Assembly (NCBI RefSeq): GCF_902713615.1
Contig: NC_052159.1
Span: 103,407,877-103,471,876 of the forward strand
Origin: Scyliorhinus canicula
Taxonomy: Eukaryota
DNA length: 64,000 nucleotides
Direction of reading: 5' to 3'
A model generated the notes under the pieces. That model was not told the origin of the DNA. It made no database searches and was given only the letters and a program-made list of their open reading frames with translations. This document shows, piece after piece, positions 38,258 to 51,814 of this stretch (positions are counted from its first letter, which is position 1; each line of letters begins with the position of its first letter). Position numbers and translations under genes: made by a program.

Positions 38258-38562
38258 AATAATAATAATAATCTTTATTATTGTCACAACCAGGCTTACA
38301 TTAACACTGCAGTGAAGTAACTGTGAAAATCCCTTAGTCGCCACATTCAGGCGCCTGTTCGGGGACACTGAGGGAGAATTCAGAATGCCCAAATTACCTA
38401 ACAGCACGTGTTTCGGCACTTGTGGGAGGAAACCGGAGCACCCGGAGGACACTCACGCAGACACGGGGAGAACGTGCAGATTCCGCACAGTGACCCAAGC
38501 AGGGCTTAGAACCAGGGACCCTGGCGTTGAAAAGCAACAATGATAATCACTGTGCTACCATG
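38258..38562 (-). mobile_element. V-SINE with (ATT)n tail
   Basis: V-core CCGGGTGCTCCGGTTTCCTCCCACA joined to tail ..GTAAGCCTGGTTGTGACAATAA..(ATT)n. Confidence 0.8.
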
Positions 38563-38764
38563 ACAGATGTTCTTGTGAAGACAAATGTACCTAGAGGAAA
38601 GATCAATGTCATCTTAAGTGCTGCCTTGTGGAACACTTCTTCATGTCTCGTTCAGTTTTATCCTTACCTATGTTCAAACTGTGGATATACAATGGAAGAT
38701 TGTGATGAGGTGGCTGCATGTGCTACATTACCAGGATCTGTGTGGACTTGGTATCAATTCATGT

Positions 38765-38987
38765 TGTAATGACCTCCAATTGGCATTATTGGTTGGCCAA
38801 TTGGAGTATGAGCTCCCTCAATGATAGCTCATTGAGGGGGCCCATATAAGCACCTGTGTAGTCTTTGTGATCCAGTCTTAAATTGACTGGAAGGCTAGCA
38901 GCACTGTTTGGAGCTGCTCTTGTATATAATTATTGGAAATAAATATTGGTGTGGTGACGGGACTCCTGCCTCCTGTGGATTATTACA
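38765..38987 (+). mobile_element. Solo LTR (223 bp)
   Basis: TGTAAT...ATTACA ends, perfect TSD CATGT, TATAAG and AATAAA. Confidence 0.88.
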
Positions 38988-41686
38988 CATGTTATGAAGG
39001 TTACAAGCCCAACTATTACAATATGACGGGCTTGTTGCAATCTTGACCTGTCCTAGGTTTAACAGATTAAAATCTCTGTGACTGATGATTTTCAGGAGAG
39101 CGGGGTATAAAGAGTGCCTTAGGTCAGTTACACATGAAAAATGATTAAAAAGCTATAGAAGTGGGAGATGTTATTTTCTTTAAAATCCTTCCTGATGTTC
39201 AGCTTTAGCTCCTCCATCCTCTCTATCCCATAGACTGTTCATTTGTTGAAAGAGTTTGTCGGTAACTTTTCATTTCAGCTGCATTCTGTAACCAACCACT
39301 GAAAGGTGCCCAAGAGCCATGAAAAGGTAGCTCTTGTCTTTTGGGTGTAACCCTCCTCGATCCTCTATTCCTTCGTGCACCCCCCCCCCCCCCCCCCGTC
39401 CCCCCTGCTGTCTCTCCTCCTCCCTTTGGTCATTACGCCTTCAGCCGCCAAGGTCCCGTCCTCTGGAATTCCCTCCAGAATCCATTTTATCTCTCTAACT
39501 CACTCCCACATCACTTTTAAAACCCTTCTTTTTTAACCAAGATTTTTGATTCCCTTCTTAATATCTTTCTTTGTCTCAGCATTCATTTTTTTCCAATTAA
39601 ATCTCTGTGAAGTGCACAGGATAGGTTTCCTTCTACAGTAAAGGACGTATATAATTGCAAGTTGTTTTTCTGTTTCTCCATAATCTCTCTCTTCTCCCTG
39701 TAAGGATACATTTCCCCACTCAACACTTTGGTCTGCAAAGTCACTGGGTTCCACAGGCATGGACTTCTCTTTTACTGCTCATTCTTATGATAAACGGTGA
39801 CTTCACCTGGCACCATGACAAGGATTTAGTCAATTATTTTAAAACCAGTGAGTTTCTCAGCACTCAAGGCTGAGAGTTATGGCAGATGTATTCGATCTCT
39901 GACTATAAACCCAGTGAGTTCACCAATAGACTTAAAGTAGTATTCGTGGAAATGCAAGGTCCATCAGAACGTAATGTGAAGTTCATATACATCAATATAT
40001 TTTAAACTATTTATTTATACTAGAATGTCCTTGGACAAACATTCAAGGGTCTGATGGTTCTTATGCTCATATTTATTCAGTTATGTATTCAACCCATTAA
40101 ACTTATCTAATTTTAAAATGTTCCCCTGTTACAATACCTTAGAATTGAATTATCTCTTGTGTCTGTCTCTAGGGTCTGTCAAGCAAATAGCTTTTAAACA
40201 GTCTTATTTTAAAATATTGCTACATATTGACAAGTCCCTCTCCTGAGGTTACCCTTACAGATCTGTTCGTCTGTAGGGATACATTGGTACTTAGATATGG
40301 AGGCTCCTCAAACAGGTTACGTGCCAGACTGTTAACCTAAAGGAAACTAATGCATATGGTTGTTCAATCTTTTCCTGTTAGCCATTGTTTAAGGTCCATC
40401 CTGGTTCCCTTGCACAGTCCCTATCCTGTAATGTGACCAAATTAGTTTGATCAGAGGACTGTCTAGTCATCTGCGTCCTGCTTCCTGTCTTCTATTGTTT
40501 TCCTCAGCCCTGCTCAAGAGCCCAAAATTCCAGATTTAGGCACACACAATTCAAGTTGTTTTGTTCTGAGCTGACCTGATCCCTTGGGAATATTGATAGT
40601 ATAACAGAAGCACATTTTCTTTCAATCTATTAAGGAAAAATGTTTGCACTGATACATTCAATAGCAAAAAATATACAGTTTTTAAATGTTATTCGACCTT
40701 CCTAGCTGCTGTGAAAATATTGCAACACGAGGCTTCACCTTTTAATTGCCGCTTTTGAGAAATTCCCTTTTGTATATCTGTAAATTGTGGTGTTCAGCAA
40801 GTACACAAGTATTTCAATGTGAAAAAATGTTTTATTTACTTTGCCTTTTTTAATTTTGAAAATGTTGCGAGTCTTATTTGGGCTGTTTATTTGTATTTAT
40901 CCGGAAGAGGCACCCCACTGAATCTTGTACAACTGTGAAAATGTTTTACCTTTTCATTCTGTTCACAGCTGGGAGTGTTAAACGGGATCGCAACTTAACA
41001 TCTGCTCAGGAAGCATACATTGTATATTATTATGAAGTAGACCCTTGTACACAACATTGTTATACACATCCATGTGTTATATGCATTTAAATAGTCAGCT
41101 CACATAAATTGTTTCTTCTTGAAAAATATGGAGTAATTCTCACCAAAAGAGTGATGGCTCCACTGAGGTGAAATTTAGACTCTGGCTTCTTTTAGTTTCA
41201 TATTTAAAGCCATATCCTTGACAGATTTTTTTTTTGTTTATTTAATCTTTAACAACCTTGGGCATAATTGCATCAGAAGGTTAACATATTCCAAACTGAG
41301 AAAGCATTTAACAGTTTTTCAAGTGGTTTCAACCTACTCGTGGTTCTATTGAAACTCATCATAGTTTAATTTCCTCACACACTATCTAACGTTGTGACAA
41401 AAGAAGCCATTTCCCAGCACTGCTGCTGCCAGTCCGATCTTATTTGAAATTAAAGGAACCTCTTAGAAGTATTGCACATAAGAAAATAATACCAACATCT
41501 TAACACACATAGAAAACAGATGCAAGAGGAGGCTATTCAGCCTCCAATGACCAAAGGACATTAAACCCTATTACATTATCAGAAAATTAATCATACTATT
41601 TAAATGTGGGCTTCTAAATGTCTTTTCTTTTTAACAAGTTCTGCAAAAAAATAGCTTTTCCTACTCAAAGTTTATTTAAAAAAAAC

Positions 41687-41823
41687 TTATTCATTCTTGT
41701 GTTCTGGGTTTGCTGGCTACACTAGCATTTATTGCCATTCCTAGTGGCCGTTGAGAAGGGGCAATTAGGGATGGATAATAAATGTTAGTCTAGCTAGCGA
41801 CACCACACCCGTGAACGCATAAA
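41687..41823. repeat. Fold-back (imperfect palindrome) of a LINE 3'-tail-like sequence
   Basis: Arms of about 63 bp, GCATTTATTGCCATTCCTAGTGGCC vs GGGCAATTAGGGATGGATAATAAATGT, with a loop of about 9 nt. Confidence 0.7.
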
Positions 41824-42279
41824 TTTAAAAAAGTCAACTTTTATTGAGAAAAGCTGATTTTAGTGTGAAATTGCCACTCCGTTGAATCCTTATACAGAAA
41901 GCACAGGTGGAATATTGCTGTGTCCCAGTTTTTGCACATACAGCAGAGCTTCCCTGGGTTGGAAACATGGATATGTGAGTAGCATTTCTTCCCGTTCAAT
42001 TTTCCAGAAGGTGTTCAATTTGGAACTTGTCTATGAAATCATTGACCGATTAGGGATGGTGGGTGTGATGATGAGTCAGGTGTGCCAATGATTGCACAAG
42101 TTTTACGGGCTCGCTGGCAACGCGGACAGTAGTTACTGTGAGATTACCATTGAGCTGATTTGAACATGCAGCTTGTGCAGATAATGGAGGCGAAATAGGG
42201 AAGGGCTGTCATATAAACAGAATACACTGGAAACGCTCAGCAAGTCTGGCAGTATCTATGGAGAGAGAAACAGAGCAAC

Positions 42280-43055
42280 ATGGCACCATATTTAATTGAC
42301 ACCTCCCTGGAGGTTATTTTGGAGGCAAAGAGTGCAGGAGGTAGCTGCTTTTCCAGAAGACTGATGGAGGAGGATAGCCAGTATGACCAAATAGACATGG
42401 CTGCAGGTAGCTAAGAAGGTCAGCAGTTGCGATGTTGTCATCAGGGCCTGCATACAGTGCAGCAATTACCTTTCCAGGGGTGGCAAGGTGAGTCTCATCT
42501 CTTTAACGGTCTTTTGTATAGGAAGGTTAACATAGAAACATAGAAAATAAGAGCAGGATTAGGCCATTCAGCCCTTCGAGCCTGCTCCGCCATTCATTAT
42601 GGTTATGATTAACCAACTCAGTAGCCTGTTCCTGCTTTCTCCCCATATCCTTTGATCCCTTTTGCCCAAGAGCCATGTCTAACTCCTTCTACATAACATA
42701 CCATGTTTTAGCCTCAGCAGCTTTGTGTGATAGCGCATTCCACATCCTACATGCAGCAATAAATACCATCTTCTCACAGGGTTCATTCCTGACCCTTCAT
42801 ATACATAGACAGCATTCACACTCAGGTCTTATATACCACAGTCTAGTGAAGTCCATCAAATGTCATTGTGCCTTATAATCCACACACTACATTCCTCTTC
42901 TTGTCCTCATTGCTGGAGAATAGAGCTCAAACTCCCAGGAGTGGCAACAAACTGGGAATGGTGTGCTATTACAGTCAAAGCGGATGACAATGGAGGAGGT
43001 GTCCTTGGAGATCAGCAGGGTGGGAGCTGGCCTGACTATTGCTCAGGGAGAAGAT
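42280..43055 (+). pseudogene. Harbinger Myb/SANT-like ORF remnant (two exon-like blocks)
   Basis: DTSLEVILEA..TWLQVAKKVSSCDVVIRACIQC followed by donor GGCAAG/GTGAGT (about 42488). A second block at about 42915 resembles EKRAHN..E...TG.G. Confidence 0.65.
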
Positions 43056-43736
43056 GGAGAAATGCTTAGGAAATCAGAAGCACAAAGGGACTTGGGAGTC
43101 CTTGTTGATGATTCTCTTAAGGTTAGCGTGCAGGTTCAGTCAGTGTGGATGTACGCCTGAGGCTATATCAGGCTCTGGTAAGACCCCATTTGGAGTATTG
43201 TGAGTAGTTTTGGGCCCTGTTTCTAAAGAAGGATGTGCTGGCCTTGGAAAGGGTCCAGAGGAGGTTCACAAGAATGATCCCTGGAATGAAGAGCTTGTCG
43301 TATGAGGAACGGTTGAGACTCTGGGTCTGTGCTTGTTGGAGTTTAGAAGGATGGGGGGGTCTTATTGACACTTACAGGATCCTGCGAGGCCTGGAAAGAG
43401 TGGACGTGGAGAAGATGTTTTCACTGGTAGGATAAACTCGAACTAGAGGACACCATCTCAGACTAAAGGGACGATCCTTTAAAACAGAGATGAGGAGGAA
43501 TTTCTTCAGCCAGTTGGTGGTGAATCTGTGGAACTCTTTGCCGCAGAAGACTGTGGAGGCCAAATCCCTGAATGTCTTTAAGACAGAGGTTTTTGATTAA
43601 TAAGGGACTCAGGGGTTATGAGGAGAAGGCAGGAGAATGGGGATGAGAAAAATATCGGCAATGATTGAATGGCACAGCAGACTTGATGGGCCAAGTGGCC
43701 TAATTCTGCTCCCATGTCTTATTGTCTTATCGTCTT
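43056..43736 (+). mobile_element. CR1 LINE 3' fragment
   Basis: LALERVQRRFTRMIPGMKSLSYEERL, then tail GATGGGCCAAGTGGCCTAATTCTGCTCC(TGTCTTAT)n. Confidence 0.88.
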
Positions 43737-44520
43737 ACCTCCAACCAGCTTTAAAGGGAAAAACAGTTGTTTGGATTTACAACTAGCCTCATTAGAATTA
43801 TATCAACTTTATCTTGTTGAAAATTATCCAAAATATTTTCTTGGGAAAGTATCTTCCATCAGTGCCAGACTTACACCACGGATGGCCCATTGATTCTGAT
43901 TTCTCCCTTTGTACTGATGCTGTGAAGTTAGATTGAGCCTTAAATTTAGCCTTGCTTGGCACTCGCCTTCCTTAAATTCTTGCATTGGCAGTGCCACGTG
44001 TGACCTGTACTCGGTTTAGAAAGAGACATATTTGCACAAAATGGCACTTTATTGGCTTTTCAAATTGCCTGAATTGGCTGCGGGTTTCACCCACGGGGGT
44101 TACCAAATTCATTCGCAACCCACCTCTAGGTATTCCAGCATGAAATGGAAAGGTGCTGAGTTTGCAGCCTGATGCCTTTTTTTCCCCGTCAATTTCTTGT
44201 ATCATCCACCTCTTATCCTGTCTCCAACTGCCACATAATATTACACCCCATACGACATAAACATGCTTCTTTTCTCTGGAGTTCCAAAGTAGATGTGGAT
44301 GCTCTGGATTAGTGGGGAGTATTACAAAGAGTTTTTCCACAGCATTAGCACCATGTCAAAGTATTTTGCTCTCTGCTCCCATTAATGTATGTAAAAAAAA
44401 ACCCTGAAAGTTGCATTCTGTGAATCCACTTGAGTGAATTCAACTGGATTGAGGTTGAAAATGTATACGAGTGTTCTACCCTTGTCTCTTGTATCAATAA
44501 CTTGGAATGTCACCAATCTG

Positions 44521-44992
44521 TGAGGAAATGAATAAATGAATGTGATAAAAATAGGATTATTAGTTAAAATAGTATAGATAAATAGGGCCGGTCCGATGGT
44601 AGTGAGCTCACAGACAAAGGACAAAGGGATTTAGCAAAAGCCTGTTTGAGACCCTCGGGGGAGGGGAGCCGCATGGTGAGCATGGTGAAAAGGATGCTGG
44701 GGTTACAATGCAAAGTGACCAATTAGGATATAGGGCCAGGTCAGGAGGTATATAGAATGACCAATGGGAAGCTTATATGTGAATCTTACTGTGATTTTGA
44801 ATACATCTGGAGAAAAGCTTTTGTCTCGCTCTCTCTTACTCCTGCATTCTGCAGAAGACAGTATGTGTGTTCTGTAGCTCTATGGTTTGATGCAGCCTTG
44901 CAAGTTAGTTATTATTAAATGATATGATACCTGCAAATCCATCTCAGATTTTATTGAATCTAGACTGACAGCAAATTAACCAGGAATTAACA
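44521..44992 (+). mobile_element. Solo LTR (472 bp)
   Basis: TG...CA ends, TSD TCTG (44517-44520, 44993-44996), two CCAAT boxes. Confidence 0.8.
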
Positions 44993-45180
44993 TCTGCACC
45001 ATGTTTGTACTGTATATGGTGTCATGGATCTCTAGAATATACCATTTTCAGACATTCACAAATACCATGGAATTCCAGCACACAACACAATTTACATACA
45101 ATATATATATATTAATATTATTTAACACAACAATGCTATATTATATATGTATATATATATATATATGTTTATTAATAATA

Positions 45181-45355
45181 TGAAATTAAATGAAAATCGC
45201 TTATTGTCACATGTATGCTTCACATGAAGTCACTGTGAAAAGCCCCTAGTTGCCACATTCCGCCACCTGTTCAGGGAGGCTGGTACGGGAATTGAACCGT
45301 GCTGCTGGCCTGCCTTGGTCTGCTTTCAAAGCCAGCGATTTAGCACTGTGCTAAA
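45181..45355 (-). mobile_element. Short tRNA-derived SINE without V-core
   Basis: Homologous to the monomers at 63338-63713. Confidence 0.75.
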
Positions 45356-46673
45356 ACTCCATCACATCACACTACAAATATGTATTAGTACTACAGAATG
45401 AAAAGACTTGTATTGATACAAGGCTTTTCATGGCCTCAGAATATCCCAATACAATTTCCAAACAATTAAGAATTTGGACGTGGCGTGTGGGAACAGTGAA
45501 TAGTATAGAATTAACAGCACAATATATTAATGTGGCAAAATTGATTTTTGGCTGTGTTGAATTTGTAACTTGTATTTTTGCACTGCCTAAATCAGAATAT
45601 ATAGTGTTAATCATGCAAAGTATTTGTCAAAAGGAACCCTCATCTCATTGGTTTCAGACACACTGACTGGAGCATTCTTCATAAATGCAAAGTGATAGAC
45701 GAAGAACAAAAATGTTCCAGGTGTCAATTTTACTGGAGTGCTCACATTCGTCAACAAGTATCTTAGGCCTGGACCAGAGATTGCCTCCATTTACCAGTGA
45801 TGAATGGTTGTTTAGTTTAAATAAATCATAAGAGCTGTGTTATCTGCTGCCTTTGTTTTCAGGGTCCGCTGGGGGTGTATTTGCAACACTCATGGGCACA
45901 GTTCAAAAGGTTGGCTTGAACTTTGGGTCGTGATGCTGATTGATTTCAGAGATGAATTGGAAAAGAGATGGGGTTATGTAGCCTCTTCAGCTTGGTGGGG
46001 CCCACTGACTGCTCTCTGATTGACTGTACACTCCTAGAATAAGCCAGAAGCCTTGTAACTCAGTCACCACTTGTAAGTTGTGCCCCAGCTATAAGCAGAA
46101 TCCAACTATTTACTTTTTTTTAAATACTTTTTTTTGGCATTTTGCCATACTGGGAGGGCTGGAATTTATTGTTCATCTCAAGTCGAGTTGACCTTGAAGT
46201 GATGGTGGCTCCTCTTCCTCAAATGCTGCAGTCTGCAGGGTAAAGGTGCTCCTACTGTGTTGCAGTGGTTTGATACGGCTGAGTAACAATCTAAGCCAAT
46301 GGACAATCACATTGATGTGGGGCTGGAGGCCAAATTAGAAAAGGATGACAGGTTTCCTTCACAGAAAGAAATTAATGAACCAGTTAGGTTTATTTTAATG
46401 ATAATCCAGCATCTTCAGATCACTTTCTACTGGTTCCACCTTTCTAGTTTCAGATATATAAAACTGAATTCAAGTTCTCAAACTTATATTGTGTGATTGG
46501 AACTCATTTTCTAGGTTATTGTACCACAATAATTTTCATAAATATACGTATAGCACTTTTAACACAGTGAAACATCCTAAGGCACTTTACAGAAATGTTA
46601 TCAGCAACATTTGATGAAGAGATATTAGCAGAGGCCGATTTACAATGAAACATGCCCCGTGACCAGGCACAGG

Positions 46674-47312
46674 GGGCGGGATATCGTAATCGGCGATTGG
46701 GAGGAGAATATCTTCCGATGCCCAAATCGGGGGCGGTGCCGGTTTGACGCTAGTTTCGCGTCTCTGCCCCCTCTGAAATTACGTTATTGCATTGCACGCC
46801 GCATGCCGTTGAAACGGCGTTGGCGCTTCATCGGAAGGCAGTCCCGCAATGCTCTGCTCCCAATGAGCCGTATTCCTGACCGCGCGGTTGACGTGCGATC
46901 TGAGTGGTCGGGAACCTGGCGCGGCGGCTGCGGACTGTGTCCAGCACTGCCACACTCGGCCGGGAGCCGTGCTACTGGCCGGGGGTCTTTCTCTGGAGCT
47001 GAGGGGACTGGTGGGGGGATGGCCAGAGTATGGCCAGGGGTTGGCCTGTGGTGCCGTATTTGGCGGGTCGAGTCCGCGTACGGCCAGAGCCATATTGTAT
47101 GGCACGGCCACTGCAGGGTGCCGCTGTGTGCATGCGCAGCCATGGACCCGGCCATTTTTGGTGCAGGAGACGGAAGTTTTACCCGGCGCCGCTGCTAGCC
47201 CCTCACCGGTCCTGGAATCGGTGAGGATTCGGCACCAATTTTGGCGTCAGAAAATGACCGGGAATTCTCCACTTTAGCCGGCACTTAGTCGCTGAAATGC
47301 AGAATCCAGCTC
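46674..47312. mobile_element. Harbinger-type MITE
   Basis: TIRs GGGCGGGATATC / GCAGAATCCAGCTC, TSD AGG/AAG. Confidence 0.8.
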
Positions 47313-47739
47313 AAGGTCTCCCAACAACAAGCAGTACCAAAATGGTGATTGAGTCTTGCAAAGCCAATAAGGACAGAACTACTTTGAAATCCTGCCTATA
47401 ATGTACATGTCAATCACTCTGCTGAGCCAATCACAGAGGAGAGGGCAGCTCTTTCCTGACACAATCACCTGTCAGAACAACACCATCCATGTGGTTTGCA
47501 CCTGCTCAGTGAGGAGAGGCAGGATGGAATCAGGGGGATACCCAACCCGCAGTGCCTAATAAAGTTGTACTTCTGACATGTACAATGATGGTTGGCGCCC
47601 AGCCTTTGGGAGTTTTAATCCGAGAAAGCACGAGCCAAAGTGCCTCTCACATGGGTGGGGCTGCAAAGGGAGGTGTCCACCTCTTAATCCCAACCATGGG
47701 TGGCGTGAACCAGGATCACAGCTGTTTAACTCTCTGTCC

Positions 47740-48238
47740 CTCACCCCCCATCCAGCAGCTCCCTCCCTCATTCACACCCTCATCCCTACTCACTCTCTCA
47801 CCCATCCCATCCTCACACCATCCCTCTCCCCACACCGCATCCCACATCCCCCAACCCCATCTCACCCTCACCTCCAACCCTCTCCCATCACTCTCCCACA
47901 CCTCTCCATCTCCCGCTCTCCATCCCCCACACACCCTCCAATCATACCCCGCCTTCATTCCATCTTCTTCACCCCATCCCTACCCTCTCCCCCACACCCT
48001 CCCCTCCTACAACGCCACCCCTACACCCATCTCCTTCAACCACATCGCCACATCACCCCTCTTCACCCCCATCCCCCACCCCTCCACATCCTGCCTCCTT
48101 TACCCATTATCCCCTAAATCCTGTCCCCCAAAACCCTTCCCCACCCACACACCCTGTCTCCTTCATCCTTTACCTCCCACACCCCATCCCCTACACTCAT
48201 CCCCCTCCTCCCCTCCCCTCACACCCCCTCTCTCCACA
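47740..48238. repeat. C-rich low-complexity tract
   Basis: Almost G-free run of CCC(A/T) units. Confidence 0.9.
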
Positions 48239-48646
48239 TTGGGAACTGTAGAAATTCATAGCACAGAAGGAAGCTATTTTTCCCATCATTGTCACTACAC
48301 AGCTCTCAGAAATAACTATTCACCTCATCCTATTCGCCATACTTTCTTTGAATGTCAAATATAAAATGTATGAAGGAGTATATTCCGGTCACTGTTTCTG
48401 GTGGGAATGTTCCATTGCTGAATCACACGTAACACATATCAATATTCAGTGTGTTACCATATTTCATTTGGTTGAGAAAAAGACTTCTGCAGGCAACTTT
48501 CTCTACCTGCTGCAAGAATGAGTTCAATTTTCAGGAATACAGAGAGGTTTTAAAAATGAAGACTGGGGTGTGCTGGTTAATGAAAATAAGTTGCAGAGAA
48601 GAAAAATAAAGTTGTTTACATAAATAGTCAGAAAGTAGCCTCATAA

Positions 48647-48975
48647 GGGCGGCATGGCAGCACAGTGGTTAGCACAGTTGCTTCACAGCTCCAGGGTCCC
48701 AGGTTCGATTCCCGGCTTGGGTGACTGTCTGTGCGGAGTCTGCACGTTCTCCCCATGTCTGTGTGGGTTTCCTCCGGGTGCTCCGGTTTCCTCCCACAGT
48801 CCAAAGATGGGCAGGTTAGGTGGATTGGCCTTAGTGTCCAAAAAAAGGGTTAGGCGGGGTTACTGGGTTACAGGGATAGGCTGGAGGTCTTAGGTAGGGT
48901 GTTCTTTCTAAGGGCTGATGCAAACTCGATGGGCCGAATGGCCTCCTTCTGCACGATAAATTCTATGAACTATGA
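48647..48975 (+). mobile_element. V-SINE
   Basis: tRNA head, V-core, CR1-type tail. Confidence 0.9.
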
Positions 48976-48989
48976 TCTAAATAAATATT

Positions 48990-50850
48990 TCTTTTTTTTT
49001 AAGAAAATATTTTATTGAGGCATTTATAATTTTAACAATTTTATGCATCAAATTTTCAACAAAAAGATAAACACAACAATATAACCAACAACACCCGCCC
49101 CCCCCCCCCCCCCCCCTCAGCACAAAACCTCAGCCAACGTGGCTTACACAAACAGTGCCACCTTCCCCAACCACCCTCCGTTGGTTCTCCTGCCCTTACT
49201 CGTCTCTCTCATGCCTCCCCCTCCACCCCCCCGCTGAAGCTTAATTCTTCTTGAAGAAGTCGATGAATGGCTGCCACCTCAGAGCAAACCCCTGCAATGA
49301 CTCCTTTAAGGCAAATTACATTTTCTCGAATCTGAGAAACCCTACCATGTTGCTAACCCATACCCCCAACTTTGGGGGTTCTGAGTCCCTCCACACTAGT
49401 AAGATCCATCTCCGGGCCACCAGAGAGGCAAAGAGAGGTAGGGAGACATAGCAAAGAGCAGCACCTCCGGACTCGGCGCCACCTTCATTTGTAAGACCTC
49501 TGACATGACATCAGCAAATCCCTGTCAGAAACCCCTCAGCCTCGGACACATCCAAAACATATGGACATGATTCTCAGGCCCTCCCGCACAGTGCCCACAC
49601 CTATCCTCCACCCCCATCAAAGAACCTGCTCATCTAGGCCACATTCATGTGTACCCTCTGGACCACCTTAAACTGTATCAGGCTGAGCTTGGCGTATGAC
49701 GAGGATGCATTAAGTCACCTCAGGGCCTCCTTCCATAACCCGGCCTCCACCTCCCTACCCAGCTCCTCTTCCCATTTTCTCTTTACCCCCCCGATCGGGG
49801 CCCCCTCCCACTCCATCAGCTCCTTATAGATCTCTGAGACCTTCCCTTCTCCCACTCCTGTTCTCAACACCACCTTATCCAGTAGCCCCTGGGGCGGCAG
49901 GAGCGGGAAGGTCGAAACCTGCCTCCGCACAAAATTCCTCACCTGCAGATACCGGAAGCCATTCCCACCTGGCACCTCAAACTCCACCTCTAGCTCCTCC
50001 AGGCTGGGGAAACCCTCATCAATAAATAGATCCCCAAATCTCTCGCTCCCCGCCCACTGCCATCTCCGAAAGCCCTCGTCCAGCCCCCCGAGTGAACTTG
50101 TGGTTACCACATGTCGGTGCCCACACCAACCCCCCTCTAACCCCATGTGCTGCCTCCATTGACTCCACGCCCTCAGGGCTACCACCACTACCGGGCTTGT
50201 GGAGTACTGAGCCGGTGAGAATGGCAGAGGTGCCATTAACAGTGCCCCCAAACTTGTGTCCTTACATGAGGCCGCCTCCACCCTCTCCCATACCGCCCCT
50301 CCCCCACTACCCACTTCCTGACCGTCACAATATTTGCCGCCCAGATGTGGTTAATAAAATTCGGGAGAGCCAACCACCATCACCATCCCACACCACCGTT
50401 ACAGCAGCACCTTTTTCACCCGCGGGGTTTCCCCCGCCCAAACAAATCCCAAGATCTTTGCATTCACCTTTTTGAAGAACGTCTTGGGAATAAAAATAGG
50501 GAGACTCTGGAAAACAAACAAAAACCTCGGGACTACCGTCATGTTAACAGTCTGAACCCGCCCCGCCAATGACACTGGGAGCGCGTCCCACCTCCGAAAG
50601 TACCCCCTCATCTGATCTACCCACCAACCCAAATTTAGTTTATGCAGCTGCTCCCAGTTCCATGCCACCTGGATACTCAAATACCGAAAGCTCCCTCCCA
50701 CCACCTTGAATGGCATCTCTCCCAATCTCCTTCTCTTGTCCCCTCGCCTGGATCGCTAAGACCTCACTCTTACCCATATTCAATTTGTATCCCGAAAACT
50801 GGCCGAATTTCTCTTCTAGCCCCAGAATCCCTCCAATTCCCCCCAGCAGG
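48990..50850 (-). mobile_element. L1-clade LINE 3' fragment, decayed; related to 30011-32845
   Basis: FRYLSIQVA..RWDALPVSLAGRVQTVNM..PRFLFVFQSLPIFIPK and KWEEELG..LWKEALR. Poly-T plus TTTATT at the left end. Confidence 0.88.
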
Positions 50851-51814
50851 TCTGATATTTACAGGAGCAAGCCATCTGCGTAGAATAAACAAATATTTCA
50901 CAAAACTTTGGCAAGATTACATGTATGGGTATCAGATACAACTGAAGTTAACAAAAGCCACAATTAAATGCCAAAAATGCAATGGAGAAAACAACTGATC
51001 AGCTAGAATTCCCATGGGAAAGCTTTATACGTTACGTTATTGGCCGGAAAAGCCACATAGCTCCTTTGAATGATTTATCATAGTGCTTATTGAGGAGTAG
51101 GATATGGTTGAAATGTAAGTATATATGTTTTGTATTCATTGTCATTATTGAAGATGAAACAGCGGTAGGTATAAAAGATGTTGACTCCTTCAATGTAAAT
51201 GCATAAATTGCCTTAGCTTGGTTTGAGGCCCTGGAGATTGCTGGACCTGATAACATTTAACCTCGAATGCTGTAGAAATGGGAGAGGTACTATGCGAGCC
51301 ATTAATTTAGCTGGCTAATGGTTCTTTGAGATCTGAACTAGTTTGAATTGACTTGAGAGAGATCTTGATGCATGAATGCTTAAACATATGTGCCAAGCCA
51401 CATGCAGTAACACAGGAACAAGACTAGGCAGTTCAGCTCCCTGAGCTTGTTCTGCCTTGAAGGTCGATCTGTATATTACTCTAGTTACGGAGTTTTGTTC
51501 CATATTTTGTAAGTAAAGCTCTGCAATTCATGTTTTAATATGCCTGAATTACATAATTAAACGGTTGCAAAATGAATTTCTAGCTATGCTTAAAAACCAT
51601 TAATTCAATGATTCATGGTTCAAAATAAAATGCCTACCAGCACTAATATTTTTCACTTAAAAAGTATAGTTTTACTGATATTTGGGGACTCAGATGATTA
51701 ATACATAGGAAAACAACATAATAGCAAACTGAGAAATTATATGACCAACACATTTTCTTAGTGCCCCTGCACCTCAATGACCAGCTACACCATTGGTGGT
51801 GGCTGGAGTGGGAG

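Noticed and set aside
47552-48364. 270-aa Pro/His/Ser-rich ORF (and the 243-aa ORF at 51785-52516)
   Set aside because: These are stop-free by-products of low-complexity repeats.
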